A stretch of DNA of 64,000 nucleotides. It comes from an uncultured virus (IMG/VR IMGVR_UViG_3300035510_000375) (lineage: Duplodnaviria > Heunggongvirae > Uroviricota > Caudoviricetes). Both the position numbers and the translations under genes were made by a program. This document shows, in pieces, positions 1 to 8,620 of this stretch. The stretch lies in the IMG/VR virus record IMGVR_UViG_3300035510_000375, one strand, 5' to 3'. Numbering within the stretch: position 1 is the stretch's first letter; every line of letters begins with the position of its first letter. The notes under the pieces are model-generated. The model was given only the letters and a program-made list of their open reading frames with translations. It was not told the origin of the DNA and ran no database searches.

Positions 1-3
1 TTT

Positions 4-1440
4 ATGGCGAATATTGAAATTAAAACAGTAATTGATGATATTTTAAGTAGTTCTACTAAAGTCACCACATTACAATCAAATGTTGCAACTAATACTACTA
101 ATATTGCTAATAATACTAGTAAAATTAGTGACGTGTCAAATGTTGTAGCTGACTTGCAAGGCTATGTAGGATATGCTGATAGTGAAATTGTAGGTGTATG
201 CTGCGATTGGAGAAACAAAACATTTACTAGACTAGCTGGCGCAGTTGGATTAAGTCAGGGAAGTGACTTTGATAAATTTACCCCCTTTGGTGGTAGAAAA
301 AGATGTAATGTAGCTGATGATGGTACAATTAATGCATACTATGGTGATAGTGGTTATAAGGAAGACGGTAGTAATGGTCAAGTAATGGTATATCAACCTA
401 AATTCTATTATAAGATGGTGCCGTTGGTGCTAGAGCCACAAACAGACGGAATAGGTTACCATGTAAGAAAAGCCAATTACTATATATGTTCTACACCTAG
501 AACTGGATTTAAATGTTTTCCAGCATTTACTAAAGGACTATCAAATGGACTTGAGCGAGATTATATAATGCTCCCAGCATTCGATGGTTGTATATATGAT
601 ACTTCAGCTAGTGCATATATCACAGACGATAGTCAGGTAATGAATACTAGTGAAGATAAATTTAGTAGTATTGCAGATGTTAGAGTTGCTAGTGGATTAT
701 CACAAAATTTAACAAGACCTAATATCAATCAAATGTGCCAAAATAGGGGTAGTACATGGTATAGTATGGGCATTCAAGAAGCTAGTGTTACCCAATGGTT
801 AATGTTAATTGAATTTGGTATTGCGAATACACAAACAGCATTAGGGCAAGGTGTAGTTTCTATCACAGATAATGCAAGCTATAATTGTTCATCATATACT
901 GGCAGTACCTCAAGTTTAGGTAATGCAAGTGGACAAGCTACAAGCACTAAAGACTATACTGGTACAAGCCAGACTGCAAGTGGTAAATTAGCCGTCTCAT
1001 ATCGTGGTCAAGAAAACCCTTGGGGCAATATCTGGAAATTTGTCTATGGTATTAATATTTATGGTAATGGTTCGCAAAAAGGCGGTGTACCTTATATTTG
1101 TACTGATTATGATTATGCCGAAAGTAAAAATAATGGTAATTATGAAAGCGCAGGATTTACTTTAGCAAATACAAGTGGATATATATCAGCTTTTGGCTAT
1201 GGTAATGAAGATTATGACTGGCTATTCCTTACTAGTGAATGTAGTGGGGGTAATAGTTCCCTTCCAGTAGGAGATTATACTTATATAACAAGTAATCTAA
1301 ATGGATATCGTATTGCTCCGCTTGGCGGTGGTTGGTATGCTGGCTCGGGTGCTGGTGGCTTTTTTTGGATTTTGAATGATGGTGTTGGTTATCGTTATCG
1401 TAGTATTGGTGGGTGCGCGGTTCAAATTCCAAACGCATAA
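4..1440 (+). CDS. DGR target protein, probable tail receptor-binding protein with C-terminal CLec-like variable domain
   Basis: 478 aa; N-terminal heptad-like stretch, GxENPWGNIW motif, C-terminal LGGxWxxGSxAG...IGGC variable region. Confidence 0.88.
   Translation: MANIEIKTVIDDILSSSTKVTTLQSNVATNTTNIANNTSKISDVSNVVADLQGYVGYADSEIVGVCCDWRNKTFTRLAGAVGLSQGSDFDKFTPFGGRKRCNVADDGTINAYYGDSGYKEDGSNGQVMVYQPKFYYKMVPLVLEPQTDGIGYHVRKANYYICSTPRTGFKCFPAFTKGLSNGLERDYIMLPAFDGCIYDTSASAYITDDSQVMNTSEDKFSSIADVRVASGLSQNLTRPNINQMCQNRGSTWYSMGIQEASVTQWLMLIEFGIANTQTALGQGVVSITDNASYNCSSYTGSTSSLGNASGQATSTKDYTGTSQTASGKLAVSYRGQENPWGNIWKFVYGINIYGNGSQKGGVPYICTDYDYAESKNNGNYESAGFTLANTSGYISAFGYGNEDYDWLFLTSECSGGNSSLPVGDYTYITSNLNGYRIAPLGGGWYAGSGAGGFFWILNDGVGYRYRSIGGCAVQIPNA
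1312..1422 (+). repeat. DGR variable repeat (VR)
   Basis: Ungapped alignment to 1556-1666 with 22 mismatches, all at TR adenines (15 to G, 5 to T, 2 to C). Confidence 0.96.
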
Positions 1441-1468
1441 AAAAATTTAAAAATAATTAAAATTTTAC

Positions 1469-1497
1469 TTTACAAATAGTAAATAATAGTGTACAAT
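1469..1497 (+). promoter_or_regulatory. Putative sigma-A promoter for the TR-RT transcript
   Basis: TTTACA-17 bp-TACAAT. Confidence 0.5.
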
Positions 1498-1555
1498 ATT
1501 AAGCATAAGTACTTAATAAAGTACATAAGGGTTAATCACCCGTACTAATATAAAA

Positions 1556-1666
1556 ATTGCTCAACTTGGCAGTAATTGGAATAATGGCTCGAATGCTAGT
1601 AGCTTTTATTGGAATTTGAATAATGGTGTTAGTAATCGTAATCGTAATATTAGTGGGTGCACAGTT
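1556..1666 (+). ncRNA. DGR template repeat (TR)
   Basis: Adenine-rich copy of the VR (32 A, 10 AAT codons) lying between target and RT. Confidence 0.96.
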
Positions 1667-1847
1667 AATTAATTAAGTAATAACAACTTAGGTTGTTTAT
1701 TATATAAACCAAGGGTTGATTAACCTTGCCTCTTGGCAAAACATATAAAAGTTAAAAGTTGTGGTAGTAACAATTCGTGAAGCCTCGACTAAAACAAATT
1801 AACCGATATATGTAAATGGAAACAGTAGAAAGGCATAGTAACACCAC

Positions 1848-2939
1848 ATGCAAAAAAGATATAATAATTTATACGATAAGATATGTAATATGGAAAATTT
1901 AAAACTTGCACACAAAAATGCAAGAAAAGGTAAAGGCTGGTATAAAGAAGTACAAGAAGTTGATGAAAATTTAGATTATTATTTACACAAATTGCAAAAT
2001 ATGTTAGTATTACATACTTATAAAACAAGTGAATATACAATGTTTAAGAAAAAAGAGGGTGGAAAAATAAGAACAATTTATAAATTACCTTATTTCCCTG
2101 ATAGAATATGCCAATGGGCAATATTACAAGTGATTGAACATTGTTTAATAAATCATTTCATATCTGATACATTTTCATCAATTCCTAATCGAGGTCTTAT
2201 ATATGGTCTAAAACGTGTACAAAAAGCAGTTTACAATGATAAAGAAAATTGTATGTACTGTTTAAAATTTGACATAAGACATTATTATCAAAGCATTAAT
2301 CATAAAATATTAAAAACTAAATATTCAAATATGTTTAAAGATAAAGAATTACTATCACTATTGTATGAAATTACTGATAGTATTAATACAGCTGAATGGG
2401 ATGATTTAAATAGAATTTATCCAAGCGGTAATCAAGATGTCAATACTGGAATACCAATAGGCAATTATTTATCGCAGTACAGTGGAAATTATTATTTATC
2501 AGATTTTGACCATTGGTTAAAGGAAGAAAAACATGTTAAATATTATTATAGAAATATGGATGATTGCGTCATACTTTCACAATCTAAAGAATTTTTACAT
2601 AGTCTTTTAAATGAAATAAAAGACTATTTGTATTTAAATTTGAGATTAACACTAAAGCAAAATTATCAGGTATTTCCAACGTACGTACGAGGCATTGACT
2701 TTTTAGGTTACAGAATATTTAATAATTTTACTTTACTGCGAAAAACAACATGTGAAAATATGAAATATAAATTATTATACCTAAAAGATATCGTAAAGCA
2801 CAATTTAAAATTAACCATACATGATATAGGATGTTTATCAGCCTATAACGGTTTAGTAAAATGGTGTAATGGTTTTAGATTACATACAAAATATTTAAAG
2901 GATTTAATTAATTATAAAGGAAGGCAATTAGCATGGTAG
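1848..2939 (+). CDS. DGR reverse transcriptase
   Basis: Motifs KxRxI, PYFPDRICQ, LKFDIRHYY, GIPIGNYLSQ, RNMDD (YxDD position), GIDFLGY. Confidence 0.95.
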   Translation: MQKRYNNLYDKICNMENLKLAHKNARKGKGWYKEVQEVDENLDYYLHKLQNMLVLHTYKTSEYTMFKKKEGGKIRTIYKLPYFPDRICQWAILQVIEHCLINHFISDTFSSIPNRGLIYGLKRVQKAVYNDKENCMYCLKFDIRHYYQSINHKILKTKYSNMFKDKELLSLLYEITDSINTAEWDDLNRIYPSGNQDVNTGIPIGNYLSQYSGNYYLSDFDHWLKEEKHVKYYYRNMDDCVILSQSKEFLHSLLNEIKDYLYLNLRLTLKQNYQVFPTYVRGIDFLGYRIFNNFTLLRKTTCENMKYKLLYLKDIVKHNLKLTIHDIGCLSAYNGLVKWCNGFRLHTKYLKDLINYKGRQLAW

Positions 2940-3193
2940 ATTATGGAATTACATACAGTGGTGAAAAACCACAAGAAGTAGAAATAACAGAAAATAAAGT
3001 ATTTATTGCTAGTGATATTGAAGAAGTAACTAAAGTAGTTGATGATACAGAAATTACTGAATTTCAATATAATTTAGTTGAATATGAAAAAGATGAATAT
3101 ATCAAATTAATTTCAGATAAAAACGTAGCGTTAGACTCTGAATTAACTGATTTACAGGTTGCATTATGTGACGTATACGAATTGATAGGGTAG
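2933..3193 (+). CDS. Small acidic tail-fibre-associated protein
   Basis: 86 aa overlapping the RT stop; C-terminal LTDLQVALCDVYE pattern common in Firmicutes phage tail modules. Confidence 0.65.
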   Translation: MVDYGITYSGEKPQEVEITENKVFIASDIEEVTKVVDDTEITEFQYNLVEYEKDEYIKLISDKNVALDSELTDLQVALCDVYELIG

Positions 3194-3202
3194 GTGAATA
3201 TA

Positions 3203-3307
3203 ATGGCTAAAATATATGCAGAATTAATTAAAAAGGGATTAAAAACAATAGATGATGTGCCTGAAAAATTGAAAGCACAAGTTGAAGCTATTTTAAATGG
3301 AGAATAA
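3203..3307 (+). CDS. CD1375-like small phage protein (34 aa, not in ORF track)
   Basis: MAKIYAELIKKGLKTIDDVPEKLKAQVEAILNGE preceded by AGGTG RBS. Confidence 0.75.
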   Translation: MAKIYAELIKKGLKTIDDVPEKLKAQVEAILNGE

Positions 3308-3310
3308 AAA

Positions 3311-5362
3311 ATGAGTTCAATTAAAAATGTTACGACAGCAAATCCCGATAACATTCAAGATACTTGTGCTTATATTAGCATTACTGATGATATGTATTTA
3401 AGTTTAAATGAAATTAATGTTATTGGTGATATATATATAAAATTTTATATAAAATCTAATAAAGCTAACACAATTAAACTTCAATGCGGAAATGATAATA
3501 CCACTTCAATTGATGTTACCACAAGTTGGCAAAAAGTGGAGATACCTTTTACTGCGACTGCGGTATTTACTCCGGAGTTTACCTTTAATGTAGCTAATTA
3601 CTGGATTTATAACATGAAACTGGAACAAGCTTCGCAGCCTAGCCAGTATTCACTTGCACCAGAAGATTATGTGCAAGAATCAGAAAATTATACTTTAGAT
3701 TTATTAAAAAATTATAGTACAACTGCGGCGACCTCAAGCGCGGTAACCGCCGCCAAAGAGAGCGTATTACTAACCGCCGCAAGTATTTATGCAACAAAAA
3801 CAGAATTAAATAATGCTATATCTCTTGTTAGGTCAGATGTAAATGATAAATTTGATAATTATAGTACTACCCAAGAAGTAGAAACTATTGTTGAAAATAG
3901 CAAAGCTTCGGGAGAGCCTATTTATTCAGTTACTCCAGTTGGTTCTGGGTACTGGCAGTTTGCAACATTACAAGTAATAAAAGAGTGGGGCCAACATACT
4001 CCTATTGTAATAGAAATAGCCCGAGGATATCAGACTGTCCCATATTCATTATATATAAGTTTTGTACATTCTAGTTATCCAATGATAGACACTTATTTTT
4101 ATGAAGGTAGTGGAGAAACAGTATATGCTTATCTAATTAGTCAAGATAGTAATGGCTTGAGTACTTATGGATTGTATACTAAAGTAAGTAATACTAGTTC
4201 AACCACAGATAGTTATTATTCATTTAATGTTATTAATTTTATTAATCCTATTCCTGATGTAGTAAAAGTAACTTGGACTAATAAATTTATTGTTGAGCCT
4301 AGTAGTTATTTAACCCCTTCTGCGGCGTATTGGAAAGGAACTGCGGCAACCGCTACAACATTAGCAACCGCTAGAACCTTAACTATTGGTTCAACGGGAA
4401 AAACCTTTAATGGAAGTGCAAATGTATCTTGGACGTTAAGCGAAATAGGGGCCGCCGCCTCTTCTCATACACATAGTTATTTACCTCTTGCTGGTGGAAC
4501 TATGACTGGTAATATAAGCTTTGGTACTGCAGGAAAAGGCATCTTTGGTTTAGACGACAGTGGTACAAATAGAGTAATTTCTTCATATTCTAGTGTTACA
4601 GAATCTTCAACTTCTTATACAAGAATTAATTATTCTTATGCTACAGGAAATTGTTATAATAATATTTATATAGGATCTTCATCTGTTGGAAACGATGGAA
4701 GTTCAGCTGCAACGAACGGCTGTACAGGTTACATTTATCTTCGTTGCAATAACGATTTAATTTATTATTCAACATACGGTGGAGGCGCTTTCCGCCCTTA
4801 TACAGATGCATATGCTTCTTTAGGCAGCAGTACAAGCAGGTGGACTCAACTGTATGCGAAGAACGCAACAATTTCTACTTCTGATAGAAATCTTAAAAAA
4901 GATATTGAAAATCTTGATGATAGATATTTAAATCTATTACTTGAACTTCAACCTAAATCATTTAAGTTTATAAATAACACAAGTAATAGAACTCATATTG
5001 GTTTTATTTCTCAAGATGTTGAAGAATTATTAGATAAATATAATTTGACTGCTCTTGATTTTGCAGGATTCTGTAAAGATATTAAAACTGAACAAAAAGT
5101 TATTAAAGAGGCTATATTAGATGAAGATGGTAATATTGTTCAAGAAGAAGAAACTGAAGATGTTAAAGTTTTAGATGATGATGGAAATCCAGTTTATACA
5201 TATAGTTTAAGATATGAAGAATTTATTGCTATTAATACAGCTTTAATTCAAAGACAACAGAAACAGATTAATGAATTAACTCAAACTAATACTTCATTAC
5301 AAGAATTAATAGGTAATCTTACTCAAAGATTGGAAATATTAGAAAATAAAATTTCGGAATAA
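3311..5362 (+). CDS. Tail fibre with C-terminal peptidase S74 intramolecular chaperone
   Basis: YLPLAGGTMTG fibre motif, LGSSTSRW, STSDRNLKKDI cleavage-site motif, HIGFISQDVE, YSLRYEEFIA, terminal coiled coil. Confidence 0.9.
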   Translation: MSSIKNVTTANPDNIQDTCAYISITDDMYLSLNEINVIGDIYIKFYIKSNKANTIKLQCGNDNTTSIDVTTSWQKVEIPFTATAVFTPEFTFNVANYWIYNMKLEQASQPSQYSLAPEDYVQESENYTLDLLKNYSTTAATSSAVTAAKESVLLTAASIYATKTELNNAISLVRSDVNDKFDNYSTTQEVETIVENSKASGEPIYSVTPVGSGYWQFATLQVIKEWGQHTPIVIEIARGYQTVPYSLYISFVHSSYPMIDTYFYEGSGETVYAYLISQDSNGLSTYGLYTKVSNTSSTTDSYYSFNVINFINPIPDVVKVTWTNKFIVEPSSYLTPSAAYWKGTAATATTLATARTLTIGSTGKTFNGSANVSWTLSEIGAAASSHTHSYLPLAGGTMTGNISFGTAGKGIFGLDDSGTNRVISSYSSVTESSTSYTRINYSYATGNCYNNIYIGSSSVGNDGSSAATNGCTGYIYLRCNNDLIYYSTYGGGAFRPYTDAYASLGSSTSRWTQLYAKNATISTSDRNLKKDIENLDDRYLNLLLELQPKSFKFINNTSNRTHIGFISQDVEELLDKYNLTALDFAGFCKDIKTEQKVIKEAILDEDGNIVQEEETEDVKVLDDDGNPVYTYSLRYEEFIAINTALIQRQQKQINELTQTNTSLQELIGNLTQRLEILENKISE

Positions 5363-5447
5363 AAATTTCCAAAACCTAATTTGAAATGCTGCGGGCGGGC
5401 GTGCTCGCTCCAAGCAGCTAATAAAATAAAAGGGAGTTTAGCAAAAC

Positions 5448-5612
5448 ATGGAAAGTTATGATTTAATTAAATATAAATATGAAATAGGAGTTTATTCTTT
5501 AGATTATTTATGTAGACTTGTAGATACGAATAAAATTTCAAAGCAAGAGTTTCATATGATTACTTCATATAATTATACAGGTGTTAAACAAAGAAAAGAG
5601 GGAGTGACTTAA
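5448..5612 (+). CDS. XkdX-like small tail protein (54 aa, not in ORF track)
   Basis: GGGAG RBS; MESYDLIKYKYEIG...LV...ISKQEFHMIT resembles the XkdX pattern; follows the tail fibre. Confidence 0.6.
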   Translation: MESYDLIKYKYEIGVYSLDYLCRLVDTNKISKQEFHMITSYNYTGVKQRKEGVT

Positions 5613-5636
5613 TTGTCACTCCCTTTATTTTTTATT
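5594..5636. terminator. Bidirectional intrinsic terminator
   Basis: AGGGAGTGAC/GTCACTCCCT hairpin flanked by A and T runs between convergent genes. Confidence 0.85.
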
Positions 5637-7105
5637 TATTTAATATTTTTATATCTATCTGAATTAAGAGTTTCAAGCATCAATTCTCTTCCAGTTTTAC
5701 CTGTCAAGACTTGAGTAAAAATTGAGGGTGAAGCACCAGAAACATAAGATACGCTTGGACCAAGATCAAGGATTGTGTTATTTCGTGCATAGACGTTCCA
5801 ATACACGAGTTTTGGCATCTCTAACCCTACTTCCGCCCATTCTTCTCTGATTCTTTCCATTTCAGTTTTTACTTTTTCATCATCGCTCCAATAACTCATG
5901 CGATCTATTTCCATATCAGAAATAACTACAACAGTATTAAGTCTATCTTCCGGATTAGCTTTTAAACTAGTTTCTTTTAATAATTTAAATACCGCTGTAA
6001 GGTTAGTATTATCACATAAATTTGTTTTATAAATTCTTTGTACTTTGTCTACAAAATCAATACCAGTAGTTTCTATCAATTGTGGTTTTGAAGCAAAGCT
6101 AATATAATGATTTTTAAATGGACCTCCAATTCTTTCAGCACAATATAAGCCTAAGCTAATTGCGATATTTATAGGATACCCATACATACTTCCAGAGGTG
6201 TCAACAACACATATCATCTTACATGGTTCTCCATTGAGATAGTCTTTTTGATTTTCCCAATACTTATTAATCATAGCTCTACCTGTTTCAGATAGTTTTA
6301 ATGAATAAGAACCATAACAATTACAAGCATTAGTAACTTTTGATACTATTTCATAAGGATAAAGAGTATCTGCATTTACTTTTGTATTTTCATCTTTTGC
6401 AAAAGCTTCATATTTCTTAGCGATAATATCACGTCTTACAAAAGCATTTTTATATATTAAACCAGCTTTAGAAGGTATTTTTGAAAAATCTATTTTATCC
6501 CATTCATTAGCTGACATTAATCTTTCAAGTACATTAATTCTTTCACGCAAAAATGATAGCATTTTACGATATTCTTTTGAAGTCATGTGTAAATATTTAC
6601 GCAACTTCCTAGCTGTTTTCTTAGTTTTTGAAGATGAAGTATTTTCAGAGGGGATCCACTTGGCAGCCAAGGAAGGAGTCTTACTCTCTACGTCAATAGC
6701 AAGTTGTATCTTAATAATCTTAAAAACATCTTCTTCAAGAGGTGTATCAACTAAAGCAAATAAATCATCATATCTACCATAATTAGCAATTTGTGCAAGG
6801 TTTCTACGAGCAATATCAGGATAAGTTTTTGCTAACCAATTATAACATACTCTAAAGAAACGTCTTTCACCAGCACCACCTCGGCAATCTCTAATCCAGA
6901 ATAAACACTTTAATGCAAGTACTTCATCCTCTTCAAGCGCATTTTTAAATAAGTTAATACAGTCTTCATCTGTCCTTTGGCGGTAAGCCGCTCCAAAGGC
7001 GAACATATCATAGACTTTTGAGAGTGTACTTTTATGTGCTAAGGCGCCGTTTTCAGTATAAGTAAAATTTGTAGCTTCTTTTAAATTCTGCATTAATGTA
7101 TTCAT
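5636..7105 (-). CDS. DUF2828-family TROVE-like/vWA protein (Ro60-related)
   Basis: TENGA, RDCRGGAGER, SLAAKW, vWA MIDAS DTSGSM, ISDME, WNV motifs. Confidence 0.85.
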   Translation of the reverse strand: MNTLMQNLKEATNFTYTENGALAHKSTLSKVYDMFAFGAAYRQRTDEDCINLFKNALEEDEVLALKCLFWIRDCRGGAGERRFFRVCYNWLAKTYPDIARRNLAQIANYGRYDDLFALVDTPLEEDVFKIIKIQLAIDVESKTPSLAAKWIPSENTSSSKTKKTARKLRKYLHMTSKEYRKMLSFLRERINVLERLMSANEWDKIDFSKIPSKAGLIYKNAFVRRDIIAKKYEAFAKDENTKVNADTLYPYEIVSKVTNACNCYGSYSLKLSETGRAMINKYWENQKDYLNGEPCKMICVVDTSGSMYGYPINIAISLGLYCAERIGGPFKNHYISFASKPQLIETTGIDFVDKVQRIYKTNLCDNTNLTAVFKLLKETSLKANPEDRLNTVVVISDMEIDRMSYWSDDEKVKTEMERIREEWAEVGLEMPKLVYWNVYARNNTILDLGPSVSYVSGASPSIFTQVLTGKTGRELMLETLNSDRYKNIK

Positions 7106-7127
7106 TATTTTATCTCCTTTTATATCA

Positions 7128-7250
7128 AACTAAGCATAAATAATTTTATATTACTTCTTTTGGGGAAGAAAGATTATTAAAAATTATCAAAAAATTTTTC
7201 TTTTACCTGTTAATTTCTTGTCATTATTATTTTTGCTGTATATGCTTAAA
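7128..7250 (-). ncRNA. ACAGCAA stem-closed RNA motif, copy 1
   Basis: TAAGCATA-T-ACAGCAAAA...TATGCTTA-GTT; directly upstream of the DUF2828 RBS. Confidence 0.6.
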
Positions 7251-7318
7251 TATTTTTAGAAAGTATGACTGCGGGAAGGGGCCCGCAGCCGCACACAGGA
7301 AAGGAATTTTGTGAACGT

Positions 7319-7391
7319 AACTAGACAAGTTTATGGTTTAAACATTACAACATACTTTCTATTATTAATAATTTTGCTGTGACTTGTCTAA
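7319..7391 (-). ncRNA. ACAGCAA stem-closed RNA motif, copy 2
   Basis: TAGACAAGT-C-ACAGCAAAA...ACTTGTCTA-GTT. Confidence 0.65.
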
Positions 7392-7401
7392 TAAGGAAAT
7401 T

Positions 7402-7469
7402 ATCGTGGTAGGATATGAACCTACATCTCTTTTCATCTCTGAAAAGTATGCTACTTACACCACACATAT
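7402..7469 (-). ncRNA. tRNA-like element with GAGA-capped arm in place of an anticodon loop
   Basis: D-arm-like TGGTGTAAGTAGCATA, stem CTTTTCA-GAGA-TGAAAAG, T-arm GTAGG-TTCATAT-CCTAC; imperfect acceptor stem. Confidence 0.45.
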
Positions 7470-7630
7470 AGTTATTTGGAGTCACCGGGTTACAGCCCCA
7501 GAAGATACCTCGATGTCGAGCGGTACTTCTATGACCTCGCATTTTTCTTTGTGGACAAAAAATGTAAAATACCCGACATAGTAAGCGCTAAGTCGTTCGC
7601 ACCCCTGAACGTTGGCGAGGCTCCCAAATG
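7463..7630 (-). ncRNA. About 170-nt rod-like structured RNA candidate
   Basis: Nested pairings ATTTGGGAG..TCGCC/GGTGA-CTCCAAAT, ATGTCGGG/CTCGACAT, CATTTTT/AAAAATG. Confidence 0.45.
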
Positions 7631-7651
7631 ATTCAGCTGACGAGGTTGAAA

Positions 7652-7722
7652 CTGCGGATATAGGTGCTGCCCCTATTCCTAGAGCTTCAAAGGCTCCTGC
7701 GCTACTGTTACGCCAATCCGCA
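7652..7722 (-). tRNA. tRNA-Gln(UUG)
   Basis: Cloverleaf; anticodon arm GGAGC-CT-TTG-AA-GCTCT; atypical T-loop (GGCAGCA). Confidence 0.8.
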
Positions 7723-7804
7723 AAACTAAATTTTTTATTTTTTCTTTTCTTTATCTTATGTATATATTATATCATAAAATTTTTTAAAAATCAATTAATT
7801 TTAA

Positions 7805-8336
7805 TGTACTGCATGGGATTAACCCATGACAACCGGATTTTTCGTCATTTAGAAAGCATCTTTTAACATATAATCCTTTGCAAATTTAATTCCTACTGTC
7901 TGTCCATTTTTTGTAGGTTTAATTCTTAATCTTTGTTCTCTTTTACCACACTCAGAAATTGAAATAATATAACAATCTCCATCATACATAGTTGCAAAAT
8001 AATCTATTTCGTCTTTACTATAACTACAATTAATAGTTCCTTTTGTATTAGTATGACTTGTGCTTGTAGTAAATATAAAATATTCGCCATTTTCTCCCAA
8101 ACGAAAAGTCTTTACTTGAATTTTTAATAGTTTACCATTTATATCAACAATAAAATCATATCTACTATCAGATACTAACGGTTGGCTAACCTGAAAGCCT
8201 AGTTCAAGAAAAGCATTAGCAACTTGCAATTCTGTAATTTTTCCTTGAAAATGAGTACTTAACATTTATACCCCTTCCAAAGATACTTCTGTATGCCAAA
8301 AAAAGTCAGGTGCTCTACCAACTGAGCTAGCGGCAC
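7805..8336 (-). tRNA. Split tRNA-Lys(UUU): 5' half 8301-8336, 3' half 7805-7839, 461-nt insert; 3' half degenerate
   Basis: 5' half GTGCCGCTAGCTCAGTTGGTAGAGCACCTGACTTTT; 3' half AATCCGGTTGTCATGGGTTAATCCCATGCAGTACA has a 5-nt T-loop and two stem mismatches. Confidence 0.75.
7849..8265 (-). CDS. PD-(D/E)XK homing endonuclease (I-Ssp6803I / PDDEXK_5-like) inside split tRNA-Lys
   Basis: GxxxE...YDFIVD...KIQVKT...YSKDEIDYF motifs. Confidence 0.85.
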   Translation of the reverse strand: MLSTHFQGKITELQVANAFLELGFQVSQPLVSDSRYDFIVDINGKLLKIQVKTFRLGENGEYFIFTTSTSHTNTKGTINCSYSKDEIDYFATMYDGDCYIISISECGKREQRLRIKPTKNGQTVGIKFAKDYMLKDAF

Positions 8337-8552
8337 ATATTTCTTCCTTCTTCCCTTAGAGTGCCACTATTTCAGCACTCTAGTCAACTCAAAAGCACCT
8401 TTAGTATCTCCGCAAGCAAACATATAATTTGCAGCAATTTCTACTTGGCACTTTCTTAAATAGTTACATACTTTTGTACATAAATATTTCATATCTTACT
8501 CTCCTTTTTTAAATGTAATAATATTAATTTGTGTGAGAGTTGAATGAAATAA

Positions 8553-8617
8553 AACAAGACAGCCTGTATCTCCTTGAAGCTAGAAATTCATCATATATTT
8601 TGCTGTTACTGTCTTTG
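8553..8617 (-). ncRNA. ACAGCAA stem-closed RNA motif, copy 3
   Basis: AAGACAG-TA-ACAGCAAAA...CTGTCTT-GTT; begins a few nt after the tRNA-Pro 3' end. Confidence 0.65.
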
Positions 8618-8620
8618 TAG

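Larger units (their letters stand above)
4..2939 (+). mobile_element. Diversity-generating retroelement (target-VR / TR / RT)
   Basis: 111-bp VR/TR pair differing only at TR adenines, followed by a DGR-type reverse transcriptase. Confidence 0.97.

Noticed and set aside
3311..5362. Second DGR target in the tail fibre
   Set aside because: No segment resembling the TR; the C-terminus is an S74 chaperone.
7570..7651. HDV-like/theta ribozyme at the tRNA-Gln 3' end
   Set aside because: A CCTCGCC is present but I could not build P3 or the nested double pseudoknot.
7634..7655. Hammerhead-like CTGACGA...GAAA
   Set aside because: Only 4 nt between the core segments, no stem II, and on the strand opposite the local transcripts.
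7345..7866. Short ORFs over the RNA island (also 10802-11029)
   Set aside because: They overlap tRNA or structured RNA and lack an RBS.
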